Assembly (NCBI GenBank): GCA_951406725.2
Contig: OX597823.1
Location: 114,700,001-114,764,000, forward strand
Source of the DNA: Octopus vulgaris
Taxonomy: Eukaryota
Direction of reading: 5' to 3'
Length of the DNA: 64,000 nucleotides
In this document: piece by piece, positions 13,300 to 28,499 of the stretch
Position numbering within the stretch: the first letter of the stretch is position 1
How the letters are laid out: the number at the start of each line of letters is the position of its first letter
Notes under the pieces: generated by a model
The model's input: the letters and a program-made list of their open reading frames with translations, nothing else
Databases searched by the model: none
Told to the model about the DNA's origin: nothing
Translations under genes and position numbers: made by a program

Positions 13300-14345
13300 C
13301 TTTTTTAAAGATATGTTATACGTTTTTAATTTGATTTTTAATTTTTAATTTTTAAATTTTATTTCATAAATATATTATAATATTTATGTAAGTAATAATG
13401 GACTATTTTTTTTGGGGGGGGTTATATGTCTATATATTTATTGATAGAGAACATCTTAGATTTTTAATTACTATATTTGTTGATTATAATTTTGATACTT
13501 ATTTTATGTATTTATTATTTTATAATTATTAGATGTGAACTTAAATTTTAAAATATTAATAGTGATTATTTTGTTAAATAATTTGGTAATTAAATATTAG
13601 AGTATAACTGAGTTAAAGATATTCGAGAGTTTATTATGTTTTTTAAAGCCAAATTATATCTTCAAAGATAAATACATATTTCTATCTATTTTTTTGTACT
13701 GTAAAAGTTAAATATTTAACATAATAAATCTGTTGTAGGAAATAATCCTAATGTTTTAAGTTTGTAATTTATTTATTAATGGAGTTTTTTTTCGATAAGA
13801 AAAATTATTATTTTATTTATTTCTTAAATAAATATTGTTTAACTCTGCTTATTTATTTAACTATTATCATTAACCTGAAGATTGACTATAATTTTTTAAT
13901 CGAATTTATTTCAATTGAATTTAAACTTAATTGTAATTCGAATTTAATTGTAGCCATGAAACGTACGTAGTGTTTTTACTTATTATATTATATATATATC
14001 ATTCATTTTATACTTTTTGAGATCTAGTTATAAGTTATATGTTTTATAAAAATATATATTATTTGTTATTTATGCATTGGTTTATATCTATCACTGTTTG
14101 AGTTGCATAATAGTGGTTTTATCTCTAATTTATATTTTATATATACATATATATACGTATGTATATAAATTAGAGAAAAACCACTATTATGCAATTCAAT
14201 CAATGACAGACATGTTTGTGATCTAGTTATATGTTTAAAAAAATATATTTTATTGTTTATTTTGTATTTATGATTTGGTTTATGTCTATCATTGTTTGAA
14301 TTGAATAATAGTGGTTTTTCTCTAATTTTAATATTATATATTTAT
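13300..14345. other. Very AT-rich, T-skewed segment with hairpin and internal duplication; possibly mitochondrial-derived (NUMT)
   Basis: Composition differs sharply from the flanks; poly-T/poly-G run at ~13405-13421; inverted repeat ~14098-14200; direct repeat 14021-14131 vs 14220-14328. No gene confidently recognised. Confidence 0.3.
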
Positions 14346-14412
14346 ATTGTGAAATTTGATTTAATACTAAATTGAATTTTTCCCTGTAAGTTTGAAATTA
14401 TACACCCTAATG

Positions 14413-14448
<36 letters not shown>

Positions 14449-14502
14449 CGGAGATGCACTTGCATAGCAAGTGAATTGATCTGAGAACATGTGCTGAAAC
14501 GA

Positions 14503-14797
14503 AAACAATTGCAGCATGGAAGATATCTGTAAGCGATTTAAGAACGCACAAAAACCGGTTAGATTCACTGCAACATTTAAATTTGATTTGTTTCAAAATA
14601 TTTTTGTCGGTTTGAAACCGCGATCTGTTCACTGACAAAAATTCCGTACAGCATGAAGCTTTGTCAGTGAACAGGTCGCGGTTTCAAAGCGAGGAAAATA
14701 TTTTGAAATTAAATTAAATTTAAATGTTGAAGTGAATCTAACCGGTTTTTGTGTGTTCTTAAATGGCTTATAAACACCTTCCACGCTGCAATTGTTT
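14503..14797. repeat. Fold-back PLE remnant: ~135 bp inverted arms between (TA)n tracts
   Basis: 14503-14638 is an imperfect reverse complement of 14660-14797; each arm contains a hammerhead-like motif. Confidence 0.8.
14664..14706 (+). ncRNA. Minimal type I hammerhead-like motif, G3-C8 core variant
   Basis: tca GTGAACA ggtcgc-ggtttcaaa-gcgag GAAA atat TT tga. Stem I tca/tga, stem II, palindromic stem III. The opposite arm supports a consensus stem II GTCGC/GCGAC. Confidence 0.55.
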
Positions 14798-14812
14798 GTG
14801 TGTGTGTGTATT

Positions 14813-14849
<37 letters not shown>

Positions 14850-14850
<1 letters not shown>

Positions 14851-15225
14851 TGTTGTTTCTGGGGAGAATCATTTTCTTTTTGTGCCTTATAATGTAACAC
14901 ACTCACCGGTAAAATTTCCACTTATTTCTTATTTTTCTTCTCTAAAATTTTCGTTGCGTCTTACAACCTTTTCAATAGTCTTGACTCTACGTTATTTACA
15001 CTGCGCTCCGCTTTGTTTGTTTGTGCGCATGTTTGTGGGTCAGTGTGTGTGTATGTGTGTGTGTGCCTATGCATGTAAATAACGGACAGAGTCAAGACTA
15101 TTGAAAATTTGCAAGGCGCAGCGAAAATTTTAGAAAAATAAAAATAAGAAATAAGTGGAAATTTTACCGGTAAGTGTGTTACATTATAAGGCACAAAACA
15201 AAATGACTCTCCCCAGACACAACAG
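14850..15225. repeat. Fold-back PLE remnant: ~150 bp inverted arms with a TG-rich spacer
   Basis: 14850-15000 is an imperfect reverse complement of 15074-15225; it abuts (TA)n on the left. Confidence 0.8.
14942..14978 (-). ncRNA. Minimal hammerhead-like motif, U3-A8 core variant (second copy 15098-15133, + strand)
   Basis: Minus strand reads cta TTGAAAA g gttg-taagacg-caac GAAA at TT tag. Confidence 0.55.
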
Positions 15226-15941
15226 AATATGCTTCAACACACGAACTCATATAAAGAATCTTGCAGACCAAATCCCAAAACGATATATATATATATATAT
15301 AAAACATACACGAATATATAAAGATTATAAAGAAAAGAAATTTTCTTTAATATAACTTTTATAAGAGCCACAGCTGTGTCAATAGTTCAATATTTTATCA
15401 CTTTTATTAAATATTGTTCATATTTCCATGTATTTTTTTTATGTATGTTTCTCGACGCCATCTTCTAACTGAAGTAACACCAATTAATTATTATGTCCAA
15501 ATTCGAAATTGTTAAAAGGTTTACCTTATGGATAACTTCATAATGTAAGTCTGATCAATAGATGTCTGCTTATTTCCTTCTGTTTTTGTCTCATTTTGCC
15601 CTCAATAAAGAGTCTGTAGACAGCCCCTTGTACTTTATTTTTCGAGTATTTCTACATAGGATTGCCGTTTTATCAATTCTTGTTATTCTGTCATTATTTT
15701 TCCCGTACTGGACTACCATGCACTGTTACGTCGCCTTGTCTAAAATGCATGGTCAACCGTCGAGAAAGCATCGTGCATGTTCATCTAATATAAAATTTTT
15801 AGAGATGTTGTTTTCAATGTTCCTGTTTTCATTGATATATTACATTAGTTGTCATACTTACCTTGCTCGTTTGTGGTTTCCTTGTGGTGCTATAAAATAT
15901 TCTTTGAGCGTGGAATTGTGTTCTACATATTGTGAGAATTT

Positions 15942-17560
15942 ACAAAAGAAAAAGACGACGACGGGTGTGTAAACAACAAACAGATGTATTAGTTTAACGC
16001 TCGGGAAGTGAAAAAGTCATTCATATTTCGAGCCTACGCTCTTCGACAGAAAGGAACACAGAAATAAACAGGGAGAGAAAACAGAAAAAGATTTAGTGGC
16101 TAACGATCTATCATTCCCATATCAAAATATATATTTCAATGTGTATATAACTAATTATATAAAGCGTGTATGTCTGTGGGGTGTGTGCCTGTGAGAGGAT
16201 ACACCCCTGTGCTTAGGTTAATATGCATTCCTATATGTGTGTGCATGTATGGTTGTTGTGCGTCCGTTTATATGTATGTATGTTATGAAAGTATGAAGAA
16301 GAAGAAATAGAGAGAGAAAATAGATAGGGAAAGAATGAGATTAAATAATAGAGACGGAATTTGATAAAGTAAAGAAGCGGAATGACATAGAGGGGGGTTG
16401 AGAAAGAGCGAATGATAGTACTGGGGATGAAACTGGTACTTGTTGGTAGATGAGTGTGTACGAGCGCACGTGTGTGCGTGTGCGTGTGTGCGTGCATTTA
16501 ACGATATGGATGTTTGTATGTTATGCACAAGTAAATGTGCATGTGTACCAGAAAGGTACGAGCAGTGCGTGTACGTGTGTATGCGTGTGTGAGTATGTGG
16601 CTGTTAGGTGGGTGGAGATGGCTGTGTGCGTGTAAGTGTGAGCAGGCGTGTGATTGTATATGAGTGTATGTGTGCACATGAATATGTGTGTGCGTGACGA
16701 TGTGTATGGTGGGGTATGCTGGATTATTGTGCGTAGGACACGCGTAGTATGGGGAAGCAGCTACAGGAAACTGGGTGGTGAGTTTAGACCGAACGGCGTG
16801 TGCGTTCGAAGAGAAAAGATGAATCCTTGTTTCTTTGCGAAGTCTGGAGTTTGCGGATGAGCCAAAGTCTTAAAGATATATATCGTGAGGTACCTAGGTC
16901 CTGTGAGGGATGTGATTTTATCGAGGGATAAACAGGTGTGACAATGGGGTCTGGTGACAAGGGGATGATCCAAGATCAACGGGAATGATGGCGGAAGAGA
17001 GAGTAACAGACCAGTATGTTGCAGTTTCGAGGGATTAGAGGAATGGAGAAAAGCTAGGAGAGTTGTAGAATCGGACAAAAACAGTCGTAAGGTGCGTACA
17101 ATTTTCCGGCAAATAGATAGGGTAAAAAGTTAGAAAAGGTGGCAAAGGAGATGCGGTTTGAAGTAGGACAAGTGCGAGGAGAAGGAAAAGAAGTTCGGTT
17201 AGTTTAACGAACATGGATTATGGCAGCTTGTACAAAAGTAGTGGGATATTCATAACAAATAAAATCATGGATACCCCTGGCCAAGCATTGAGACTGAGTC
17301 TCAAAATCGAAATCAGAAACGGAAAGTTGGGAAGGATAGCATGAGTGAAGTAGCAAGAGGTGGTGGAGGAAAAATCAAGATTGGGACCTGGGTCACTTGG
17401 TTTAAGAAGGCAGAAACCGTTAATAAGTACATTAATAGAGAGAAATAAGTAAAAAGTTAATCAAAGTATCAGATCGGCCGGGAGGCCCTAGGTGTCGTAC
17501 AGACAGAAAAAAAGGCCATATGGCTTAGTATTAAAAACTCGTACGCACAGCCATGCCTGC
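15942..17560 (-). pseudogene. Degenerate Neptune-type Penelope-like element (RT thumb, Cys linker, GIY-YIG C-terminus) with a nearby pLTR remnant
   Basis: ORF 16761-17078 contains RPHCHTCLSLDKITSLTGP and FIFSLRTHTPFGLN (PLE endonuclease C-terminal P.GLN). Upstream fragments read DFETQ and YPTTFVQAA. A decayed hammerhead CTGTCGA a gagc-gtag-gctc GAAA lies at ~16021-16052. Confidence 0.55.
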
Positions 17561-17580
17561 GCTTATGTGTGCACCTATAC

Positions 17581-17646
<66 letters not shown>

Positions 17647-17808
17647 ATTAATTGATTGATAGAGATCGACAGGAAGAGACAGAGGGTTGTTATGTATGGG
17701 CATAATACAAAAGTATGCTTGCATGCCCATAAAAATAATATATATGTGTGTGTGTTGATAGATCTAAACATATGTATATATATATAGGTACGTATGTATG
17801 TATATATA

Positions 17809-17856
<48 letters not shown>

Positions 17857-17922
17857 CATATTATAAATACATACATATATATATATGTATATATATTTAT
17901 ATATATACATGTACAATATGTG

Positions 17923-17992
<70 letters not shown>

Positions 17993-18061
17993 GTATATGT
18001 ATATGTATATATATATATACATATACATATACATACATATATATATGTATATATGTATATA

Positions 18062-18103
<42 letters not shown>

Positions 18104-18118
18104 TATATACATACATAT

Positions 18119-18152
<34 letters not shown>

Positions 18153-18557
18153 AATGCGCTTTACTCATATTCCGTCTACAAAAACTAGTCACAATGCATT
18201 GATCGGCCCAGGGTTGCACTAGTGAGATCTTGTAACTAGAGTTGGAACTATGCAATTCGGAAGCGAAATTCATCCAAAACAGTGACAGATAGATAGATAG
18301 ATAGATAGATAACGTTTATCTGTTTCAGTCGTTACATTGTGACCATGCTGGAGCACCGCCTTGGAGGAATTTTTAGTCGATGACTGGTTCTGTCTTAACC
18401 GGTCCGTCTTGCCGAACCGTTGGATCACGGGGAGGTGAACAATTAGGGCCTACTGCCAAGCGCTGGCTGGGGGCAATCACAGGCTCAAAGACACACAAAG
18501 ACACACATACACGCACACACATGTTCATGTATATTTTCCGACAGAGCCACACTAGCG

Positions 18558-18602
<45 letters not shown>

Positions 18603-18656
18603 GCATACACACACACACACACATATATATACATATGTATGTAAATATATATATAC

Positions 18657-18700
<44 letters not shown>

Positions 18701-18829
18701 GCATATATATATATACATAGTTCATACATACATTTTTTTCTCTCTAGTTTCAGGTCAGAGCTGCGGCAATGCTAATGCACCGCGTATATATATATTTATA
18801 TATATATATATATATATTTATAGATAGAC

Positions 18830-18904
<75 letters not shown>

Positions 18905-19290
18905 TGTGTGTGTTTGTGGGTGTCTTTATATATATATATATATATATATATCAGTATTTATATACGAACATATATATTTTACATATATACAAATATGCAT
19001 ACATACATACATACATAAATACATACATACATATATACATACATACATACATAATACATACATACATACATACATACATACATACATGCATACATACATA
19101 TATACATGTATACAAAAAATTGCGTGCATATGTACTGATGAATGTGTAAGTCTGTATGTGGATATGAACACCGTCACTCAGATTGGTAGATACGTAAGAT
19201 GAAGAGATGGAAAGCAGATATACGTCAATTCATTTCTATAAATTTTCTATACGGCCTACATAAATATATACTCAAATACATGAATACATA

Positions 19291-19324
<34 letters not shown>

Positions 19325-19437
19325 CATATATACAGATATACATACATATATACGTCTGTATGTACTTATACATCATATAGCAATGTATATTATGAATGTA
19401 TATATATATACAGATAGATAGATAGACAGATAGATAG

Positions 19438-19486
<49 letters not shown>

Positions 19487-20063
19487 CAGACATACAGACA
19501 GACAGACTGATAGACAGATTGATAGATAGATTATTAAATATTTATCTAATATATATAATATACGTTTTATATATAAGTACATACGGATTTGTACGTGATT
19601 TAGACTTACATAAAATGCATCATACAGACACACACATATACACACGCATACATACACACACAGACGCGCACACACATCTACATGCAGGTATGTACACACG
19701 CATGGAATATATAGAGATATGCATCTCATGAGCAAGAATGTGCGCCGGGACGGCACAAGACGGTCTCTCAGCGTGCTGGATATAGCAGCAGTTTCACAGC
19801 CGGTACATTTCGTATATGTTTGGGAACAAATGACAACCGTTATACTTGCCTAGTGTTTCTGTTTGCTTTTTACCCCTCACCACTACAGCCATGCTGGAGC
19901 ACCGCCTTTCAATCGGGCAAATCAAACCCAGCATTTATTCTTTGAAAGCCTAGTACTTATTCTATTTTATTCTCTTTTGCCGAGCCGCTAAGTTACGGGG
20001 ATGTAAACACACCACCATCGGGACAAACACAGAATCACAAACATATACACACACATACACACA

Positions 20064-20131
<68 letters not shown>

Positions 20132-20365
20132 TACATACATACATACATACATGTGTGCATACATACACATACAAATAAGCATTCAGAGAGACAGAGAGAG
20201 AGAGAGAGAGATGCAAAGGCCCCTTACCATTTTCATTTTAAAAGGGAACTGAATTCCCCTGTACATACAAGCATATACCTACTTTCATACATACACTCAT
20301 ACATATATATATACACATGCGTACATATACATATATTTCCTCATATACATATACATACATATTGC

Positions 20366-20437
<72 letters not shown>

Positions 20438-20439
<2 letters not shown>

Positions 20440-20587
20440 TTTTATTCTTTTACTTGTCATTTGACTGCGGCCTTGCTGGTGCACCGCCTTTAGTCGAACA
20501 GATCGAACCCGGGACTTATTGTTCGTAAATCTAGCACTTATTCTATGAGTCGAATTTGGTGAACCGTGTGTTCATATATATGTATGT

Positions 20588-20627
<40 letters not shown>

Positions 20628-20722
20628 GGCAAGCAACAGGTTGCTTCACCACATACCGAAAAATTAGAAATAGCAGTCAACGACTGCTTATTTCTATTAT
20701 ATATACATACATATATATATAC

Positions 20723-20754
<32 letters not shown>

Positions 20755-20935
20755 GTATATATATATATATATATATATACGATGGGCTTCTTTCAGGTTC
20801 TGTCTACCAAATCTACTCAGAAGGCTCTGGTTGGCCCGAGGCTATAGTAGAAGACACTTGCCCTACGTACCATGCAGTTGGACTGAACGCGGAACCATGT
20901 GGTAGGAAATGAAGCTTCTTACCACACAGTCACGG
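20438..20935 (-). mobile_element. SINE family A, interrupted
   Basis: Tail at 20438-20565 and head at 20780-20935, separated by (TA)n and another short repeat. Confidence 0.65.
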
Positions 20936-21148
20936 CTCATATATGTGTGTATATGGGTGTGTGTTTTTGTGTGTGTATGTATATATTATGCATGTATGTA
21001 TATAGTAAGTAAGAATACATCAAAAAGATGTATTATGCATACTGACGATTAGTGAGCAAACCGGAGCAGAAGCCTGAATACAGCGTCGAAAAACAGAATC
21101 CCGTGAAACATGGGTAAATATATACATATATATATATATATGTGTATG

Positions 21149-21203
<55 letters not shown>

Positions 21204-21985
21204 GTATGTATGTCTGTTTGTATAATATAATATATATATATATATACATATATATATACATACAGATATATATAAATATATATGCATGTATGTATAATAT
21301 AATATATATATATACATATGCACGTAGATAGATAGACAGATAGATAGATAGACACGTACATACATACATGAATATTTATGTAACTACATGCAAAAATATA
21401 CGCATATACACCCATTCACGTACATATATGTGTATGTGTGTATGTATGTATACACGCATTTACATATGCGTATATGTATGAGTGTATGTGTGTGCTATAT
21501 TTACTTTTAAAACACCCAAGTTTTAAAATTTTACTGAAGCTTTCACGATCGCCTGAAGCGTTTAAAGGTTTGGTTCCAGCATGGCCGGTTATTATTGAGT
21601 AACACTCATGATTGAGTAAATGACTATATACACACATTAAAAAGTACATATATATTTCCATACGCGAATGAGTATATATTTATATGCATGCGTATAAATG
21701 AATACGATTACATAAATTTATATTTGTTCATACATTCATATACACATTCACAAAGAGACACATATGCGTACGCTTATATACACACGCAACACACACATAT
21801 ATACACATATACATACTCATATCCATACATATAAATCTTTAAACCAAACATCTATTAATATATATTTACATACATATATATGTATATACTTACGAATATA
21901 CATACATATATTCATACATGCGCATACAAACATATATACGTACCTACATAAATTACATACATGCATACATACATACATACATACA

Positions 21986-22018
<33 letters not shown>

Positions 22019-22279
22019 GCATACATACATACATGTAACCTCCCGTGGTTGTGTTGGTTAGTATTCGCAACAATGAGGTTCCGGGTTCGATCTCACAGTC
22101 CGGTACCGCGAACAAATATTTTTCTACAAGAACACACTTCAGCCAACGTTTGGTAGTAGGAATTTGATTCATGGAAATCGTAAAAATATGCTTGCGTATG
22201 CGAAAGCGTGTATGTGTGTATATATGTGTGTGTGTAGATAGATAGATAGATAGATAGATATAGATATAGATAGATAGAT

Positions 22280-22310
<31 letters not shown>

Positions 22311-22648
22311 CATAGATAGATAGAAATAGATAGATAGATAGATAGATAGTGTATAGATAGATAGATAGATATTCGTGTATTCTTAGATAGATAGATAGAT
22401 AGATGAGCATAGATAGATAGATAGTATTTCTGAAAGTAGATAGATAGATAGATGTGTGTGTGATAGATAGATAGATAGATAGATAGATGCGCGTGATAGT
22501 ATAGATAGATAGATAGATAGATCTTTCATCGTATTGAGATAGATAGATAGATAGATAGAAATGCAGATAGCACAGATAGATAGATAGATAGATAGATAGG
22601 AGCCTGTGACGGGCCATAGATAGAACAGCACTGCTGTATAGATTTGCC

Positions 22649-22708
<60 letters not shown>

Positions 22709-22942
22709 GTACAGTGGCTTGCCTTACGTTCAAAGAACCGCGGTGATGTTGAGGACTTTGCCTGAGTTATATAAGATATAACAATAAGTATCGTCTGAGC
22801 AATGGGGGGTCGATGTAATCAACTTACCCATTCTTCCCACCCCGAAATTGGTGGCCCTGTGCGAAAATTTGAAACCATTATTGTGTGTGCGCGTGTGTGT
22901 CTCTGTGTGTGTGTGTGTGTGTATGCACAGATAGATAGATAT

Positions 22943-23042
<100 letters not shown>

Positions 23043-23051
23043 GATAGGATG

Positions 23052-23211
<160 letters not shown>

Positions 23212-23228
23212 TAGATAGATAGATAGAT

Positions 23229-23340
<112 letters not shown>

Positions 23341-23343
23341 CAT

Positions 23344-23450
<107 letters not shown>

Positions 23451-23451
23451 G

Positions 23452-23482
<31 letters not shown>

Positions 23483-23520
23483 GGATGGATGGATAGATAG
23501 ATAGATAGATAGATAGATAT

Positions 23521-23699
23521 GTTTCTTTATTAGCTACACAGGGCTGCACACAGATAGAACAAATTACAAGGTAGAGCTTTTCTTTTGAATGTTTAAAAAA
23601 AAAAAAAAAAAAAAAGTAAGGGGGAGTTTCGATCAAAAGGGATCGTAAAAAGGAGAGAAGGAGGACAAAAAAAGGGGGTTAAAAAAGGGGGAGAGGAGG

Positions 23700-23730
<31 letters not shown>

Positions 23731-25180
23731 CAATAGGGATCGTTATCACAGAAATGTCAATATGAAGTGTAAAGGGGAGGACAGGTGAGGTTTACCCGTG
23801 GAAAGAAAAGCCTACGGAAAAGACCACGGTAACCTCGGTCAATGAAGTCACATTTTATATTTCTTTTTTTTTTTTTTTTTTTTTTTGCAAATAAGCAACT
23901 CTCTGTTTTCGATTTCTGGGTTCATAGGACTATGCTCAAGGTGGCTTCGTCATTCATACGTGCCATTCTTGCTACATTCACCCATCTTTTTTTAAAACAT
24001 TCGCTAGACAAAACTTGCCTCTCTACTCTCACTTTCCTTTTCAAGTGGTACTTGAAGAAGTTGATGAGAGATTGACCAGAGAGGAAAGTGTTTGTCTCCA
24101 ATCCTTTCAGACGCGTCCACCAGATACATTCTTTCGCCATAGCCACAAGGATGATGAAAATAGCTCTTCCTTCCCGTTTGAAGGAAGGAGGCGTGACAAT
24201 ATTGACGATAGACTCAGCTGATAAACCGACTCGTCCCACACGTGACAGCAGTTGTTCGACATAAGCCCACAGGTCGGAAATTGTTGGACACTGAACGAGT
24301 GCGTGCAGAACGGTTTCGTCGCTCTGACCGCATCTCGGGCAGGTCGGCCCCGTGTTTCTCGAGCCGTGTCTGTAGAGCTTATCCCGAACGGGTAGCGCTT
24401 CTCGGTAGCACTGCCAGGCCAGGGATCTCTGGAAGTTGTCCATGGGCCCTGGCCCGAAAGTCGTCCTGAACAGGCGGGTCAGGTACTCCTCGTCGACGTC
24501 CAGGTTCGCCCCGAGCTCGTCGTCGTACCTCCCCTCCACTAAACCCCTATAGAATGCTTTGGTTGTGTTGAAGTCACTTAAGGTCGACCCAGGACGGCAG
24601 AGTTGCTTGAGAGCAACGCGACACTCGCGGTGCCATTCGCCCTTCCTCGGCCTCTTTTTGATCCACGACTGCAGTTCGGTCATGGAGACGAGCTGCGGGA
24701 AAGCGTGCCTCACAAACGGCGACCACACCTGTTCACCGTCGTCTACATAGAGCCAGAGATGTCGCAGTCTCAGCGCGTGTCTGCGCATCATCAACCACGG
24801 CATGCCCAGCCCTCCTTTTAACGGGTGTTGACAGCAAATGGATCGCCTGACCATCGGGACGCATCCTTTCCACAAGAAGCGAAAGAGGATGCGTTGTAGT
24901 TTGGTGATGGTAGGGTCGGGACAAGGTACGACGGTCAGGCGGTAGTAGATGACGGACGCGATGTACGTGTTCGCCACCTCCGCTCGACCTTTTAGGGACA
25001 GTTTCCTCTCGGCCCATTGCCGGGCGAGAGTGACCACCCTACTCGTTATCTCGTTCCAGTTCTTCTCCACTTGGAGGTCCGGACCAAACCAGACCCCGAG
25101 CAACTCAACCGGGCCGTCGGTCCAGCGTCCCACGACGGAGGCGCTGGTGGACGGCATGGGCTTGCTTCTCCAGGTGCCTA
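23521..25180 (-). mobile_element. 5'-truncated Tx1/L1-clade non-LTR retrotransposon inserted in (GATA)n
   Basis: GC-rich island with an uninterrupted ORF. The pyrimidine-rich 3' UTR ends AATAAAGAAAC directly into (TATC)n, and (GATA)n flanks both ends. Confidence 0.9.
23922..25180 (-). CDS. C-terminal part of Tx1/L1-like ORF2 (RT tail plus zf-RVT CCHC zinc knuckle); N-terminally truncated
   Basis: LLGVWFG, W...KLSLKGRAEVAN, FRFLW, GGLGMP, LPVRDKL and CPRCGQSDETVLHALVQC. The 481-aa track ORF's N-terminus is microsatellite read-through. Confidence 0.88.
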
Positions 25181-25254
<74 letters not shown>

Positions 25255-25514
25255 GTACAGTGGCTTGCCTTACCGAAAGAATGATGTTGAGGAGTGAGTG
25301 TATATAAGATATAACAATGCTTATGAAATACGTCGAATATTGAACCCCTCTTATCTGCAGATACCATTTTTTTTTACCTTCTCCTTGTTTTGTTCTCTTT
25401 TTTTCTTTTGTTTTTGGTTTCTTTTGCGGTTTCGCATTGTTGAGAAAAATAGCAACAAACCACTAAAAACTCGTGACTCGTGTGTGTGTGTGTGTTTGTG
25501 TTTGTGTATACATG

Positions 25515-25559
<45 letters not shown>

Positions 25560-25723
25560 GTAAGAGAGAGACAGAAGGAGAAAGAGACCGATAGACAGAC
25601 AGACAGACAGATAGATAGATTGATAGATAGATTATAACGTCTGAGTTAATGTGTGTATTGTTCGTGTTTGTGTGTTTATATTATACGTATGTATATGTGA
25701 ATATGTATATATATATATGTATG

Positions 25724-25863
<140 letters not shown>

Positions 25864-26026
25864 CATACATATATATATACATACATATATATATATACGA
25901 ATGTATGTATATACACATGTATGTATGATTGTATGTATATGTATATACATACATGCATACACATATATTTAGATATGTGTGGTGATCTAAGTATGTCTCG
26001 TGTATTGTGTGTGTGTTGCATGAGGG

Positions 26027-26057
<31 letters not shown>

Positions 26058-26245
26058 CGAGAATGAATCCTGTTTTGTGGGGGGGGGTTCATTCAGGAAA
26101 CATAGCGAAGGTGTGTCCGCCCGTTTTTCGTTTAAGTGAGAGTCAGGAAGGCAATACGAGGAATGAGGTTGCGTATGAAGTGCGCGGGCGCGTTTCTGAG
26201 TTCGGTCTGCGTGCGTGTGTGTGTGCACATATTCACGTATATATA

Positions 26246-26285
<40 letters not shown>

Positions 26286-26391
26286 AGGCTCGAAACGTAA
26301 AAGACTTTTTCTATTCCTGAGCGTTATACTAATACATTTGTTTGTTTTGTACATCATTTGTCTTCGTCTTTGTTTTTTTTTTGTAAACTCT

Positions 26392-26604
<213 letters not shown>

Positions 26605-26918
26605 ATATATATATATACATTCTTACGTGTCTCTCTCATTCTCTCTAGATATATATATATATAAATAAATAAATATATATATATACATATACATATATAT
26701 GTATATGTATGTATGTATATGTATGTATGTCTGTGAGTATGTATAACTGTAAATGTGTACTAGTGTAAATACATTCTTACACACACACAGTCACACATGT
26801 GCGTATATATGCTTCTCTGTGTGTGTGTATATGTATATGTATGTATACACACAAACATATACGGATAAATATGAAGGTAATTTTGTATACATTAATAATG
26901 TGTGTGTGCGTGAGTGTG

Positions 26919-26974
<56 letters not shown>

Positions 26975-27246
26975 CTGATTGTTTGTTTATATTCATACGT
27001 GTGTATACACACACATACACACTTATACGTTAATATGCTCATATCTCGATTTTTTATACGCAGATTAATAGAAATATTCTGTTATAGTATTGATGTAGTA
27101 TAGTTCTATGTATCCCCAAAAACACATACACACATGTGTAATGTATACATGTATATACTTACTGATATCTCTATACGTATAGGGTGGGTGATAATATTAT
27201 ATATTAGCTCCTAGCCTCTATGTATATGCGAGTATATATCCACATG

Positions 27247-27332
<86 letters not shown>

Positions 27333-27520
27333 AATATATATATATATATGACATAGTAGACACGTACACTCATCTATGCGTAAGTGCTTGTACGTGTGTG
27401 TATACACGTAAATGATTCCCTACACGCAAGTGCGCGCGTACGGAATTAACACAAAGATTCATTCATACACACGCACATGTACAGACATATTTGTGTATAC
27501 CTGCACGGTATACACAATAT

Positions 27521-27557
<37 letters not shown>

Positions 27558-27836
27558 CGTTATGCGTTTGTATAAACATACACACATGCAACATAGACAC
27601 ATGTATGAATATATAGGATAAAATGTGTCCGTATGTATGTATATATATATATGTATATGTATATATACATACATATATATGTGTGCGTGTGTGTATATAT
27701 ATATATATATACATACATACACACAGACACGTATATATATATATATATATACATACACATCTGATTCAACACACGACCTTCGCATCAGGTGTGTTGTTAA
27801 TACAAACTCATAAACGTATATATATATGTGTATGTA

Positions 27837-27911
<75 letters not shown>

Positions 27912-27928
27912 ATATGTATGTATGAATG

Positions 27929-27964
<36 letters not shown>

Positions 27965-28217
27965 TGTATGTATGTATCTGCAAAACTATTCATATATTTA
28001 TACACACGATAGTGTGTACGTTCTATGTATGAGTATGTGTGTATGAGTGTATGTATCTGGCAGTAAATCGGTGTGTCTGTGTGAGTGTGTATGTATATAT
28101 ATTGTTTTTGAAAACAGACGGGATGGTCACGGCTAAAATTTTCAAGCAGCTGCTCGATCGGGACGGTGCTGGAGGCAAAAAAATAAATAATAAAATAAAT
28201 AAATAAATATATATACA

Positions 28218-28359
28218 CGGTAAGAAGATAGCCTTGCAATCACATGGTTCCGGATTCAGTCCCACTGCTTGGCACCTTAGGCAAGCGACTGCTACTATAG
28301 CCTCGGGCCAACCAAAGCCTTCCCAGTGGATTTGGTAGACGGAAACTGAAATTCTACCG

Positions 28360-28418
<59 letters not shown>

Positions 28419-28426
28419 TATACATG

Positions 28427-28499
<73 letters not shown>

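Noticed and set aside
22300-22800. Irregular GATA array and a diverged duplicate of 25251-25335, considered as a target-site duplication of the LINE
   Set aside because: Not adjacent to the element ends and riddled with indels; more like a noisy consensus or an older local duplication.
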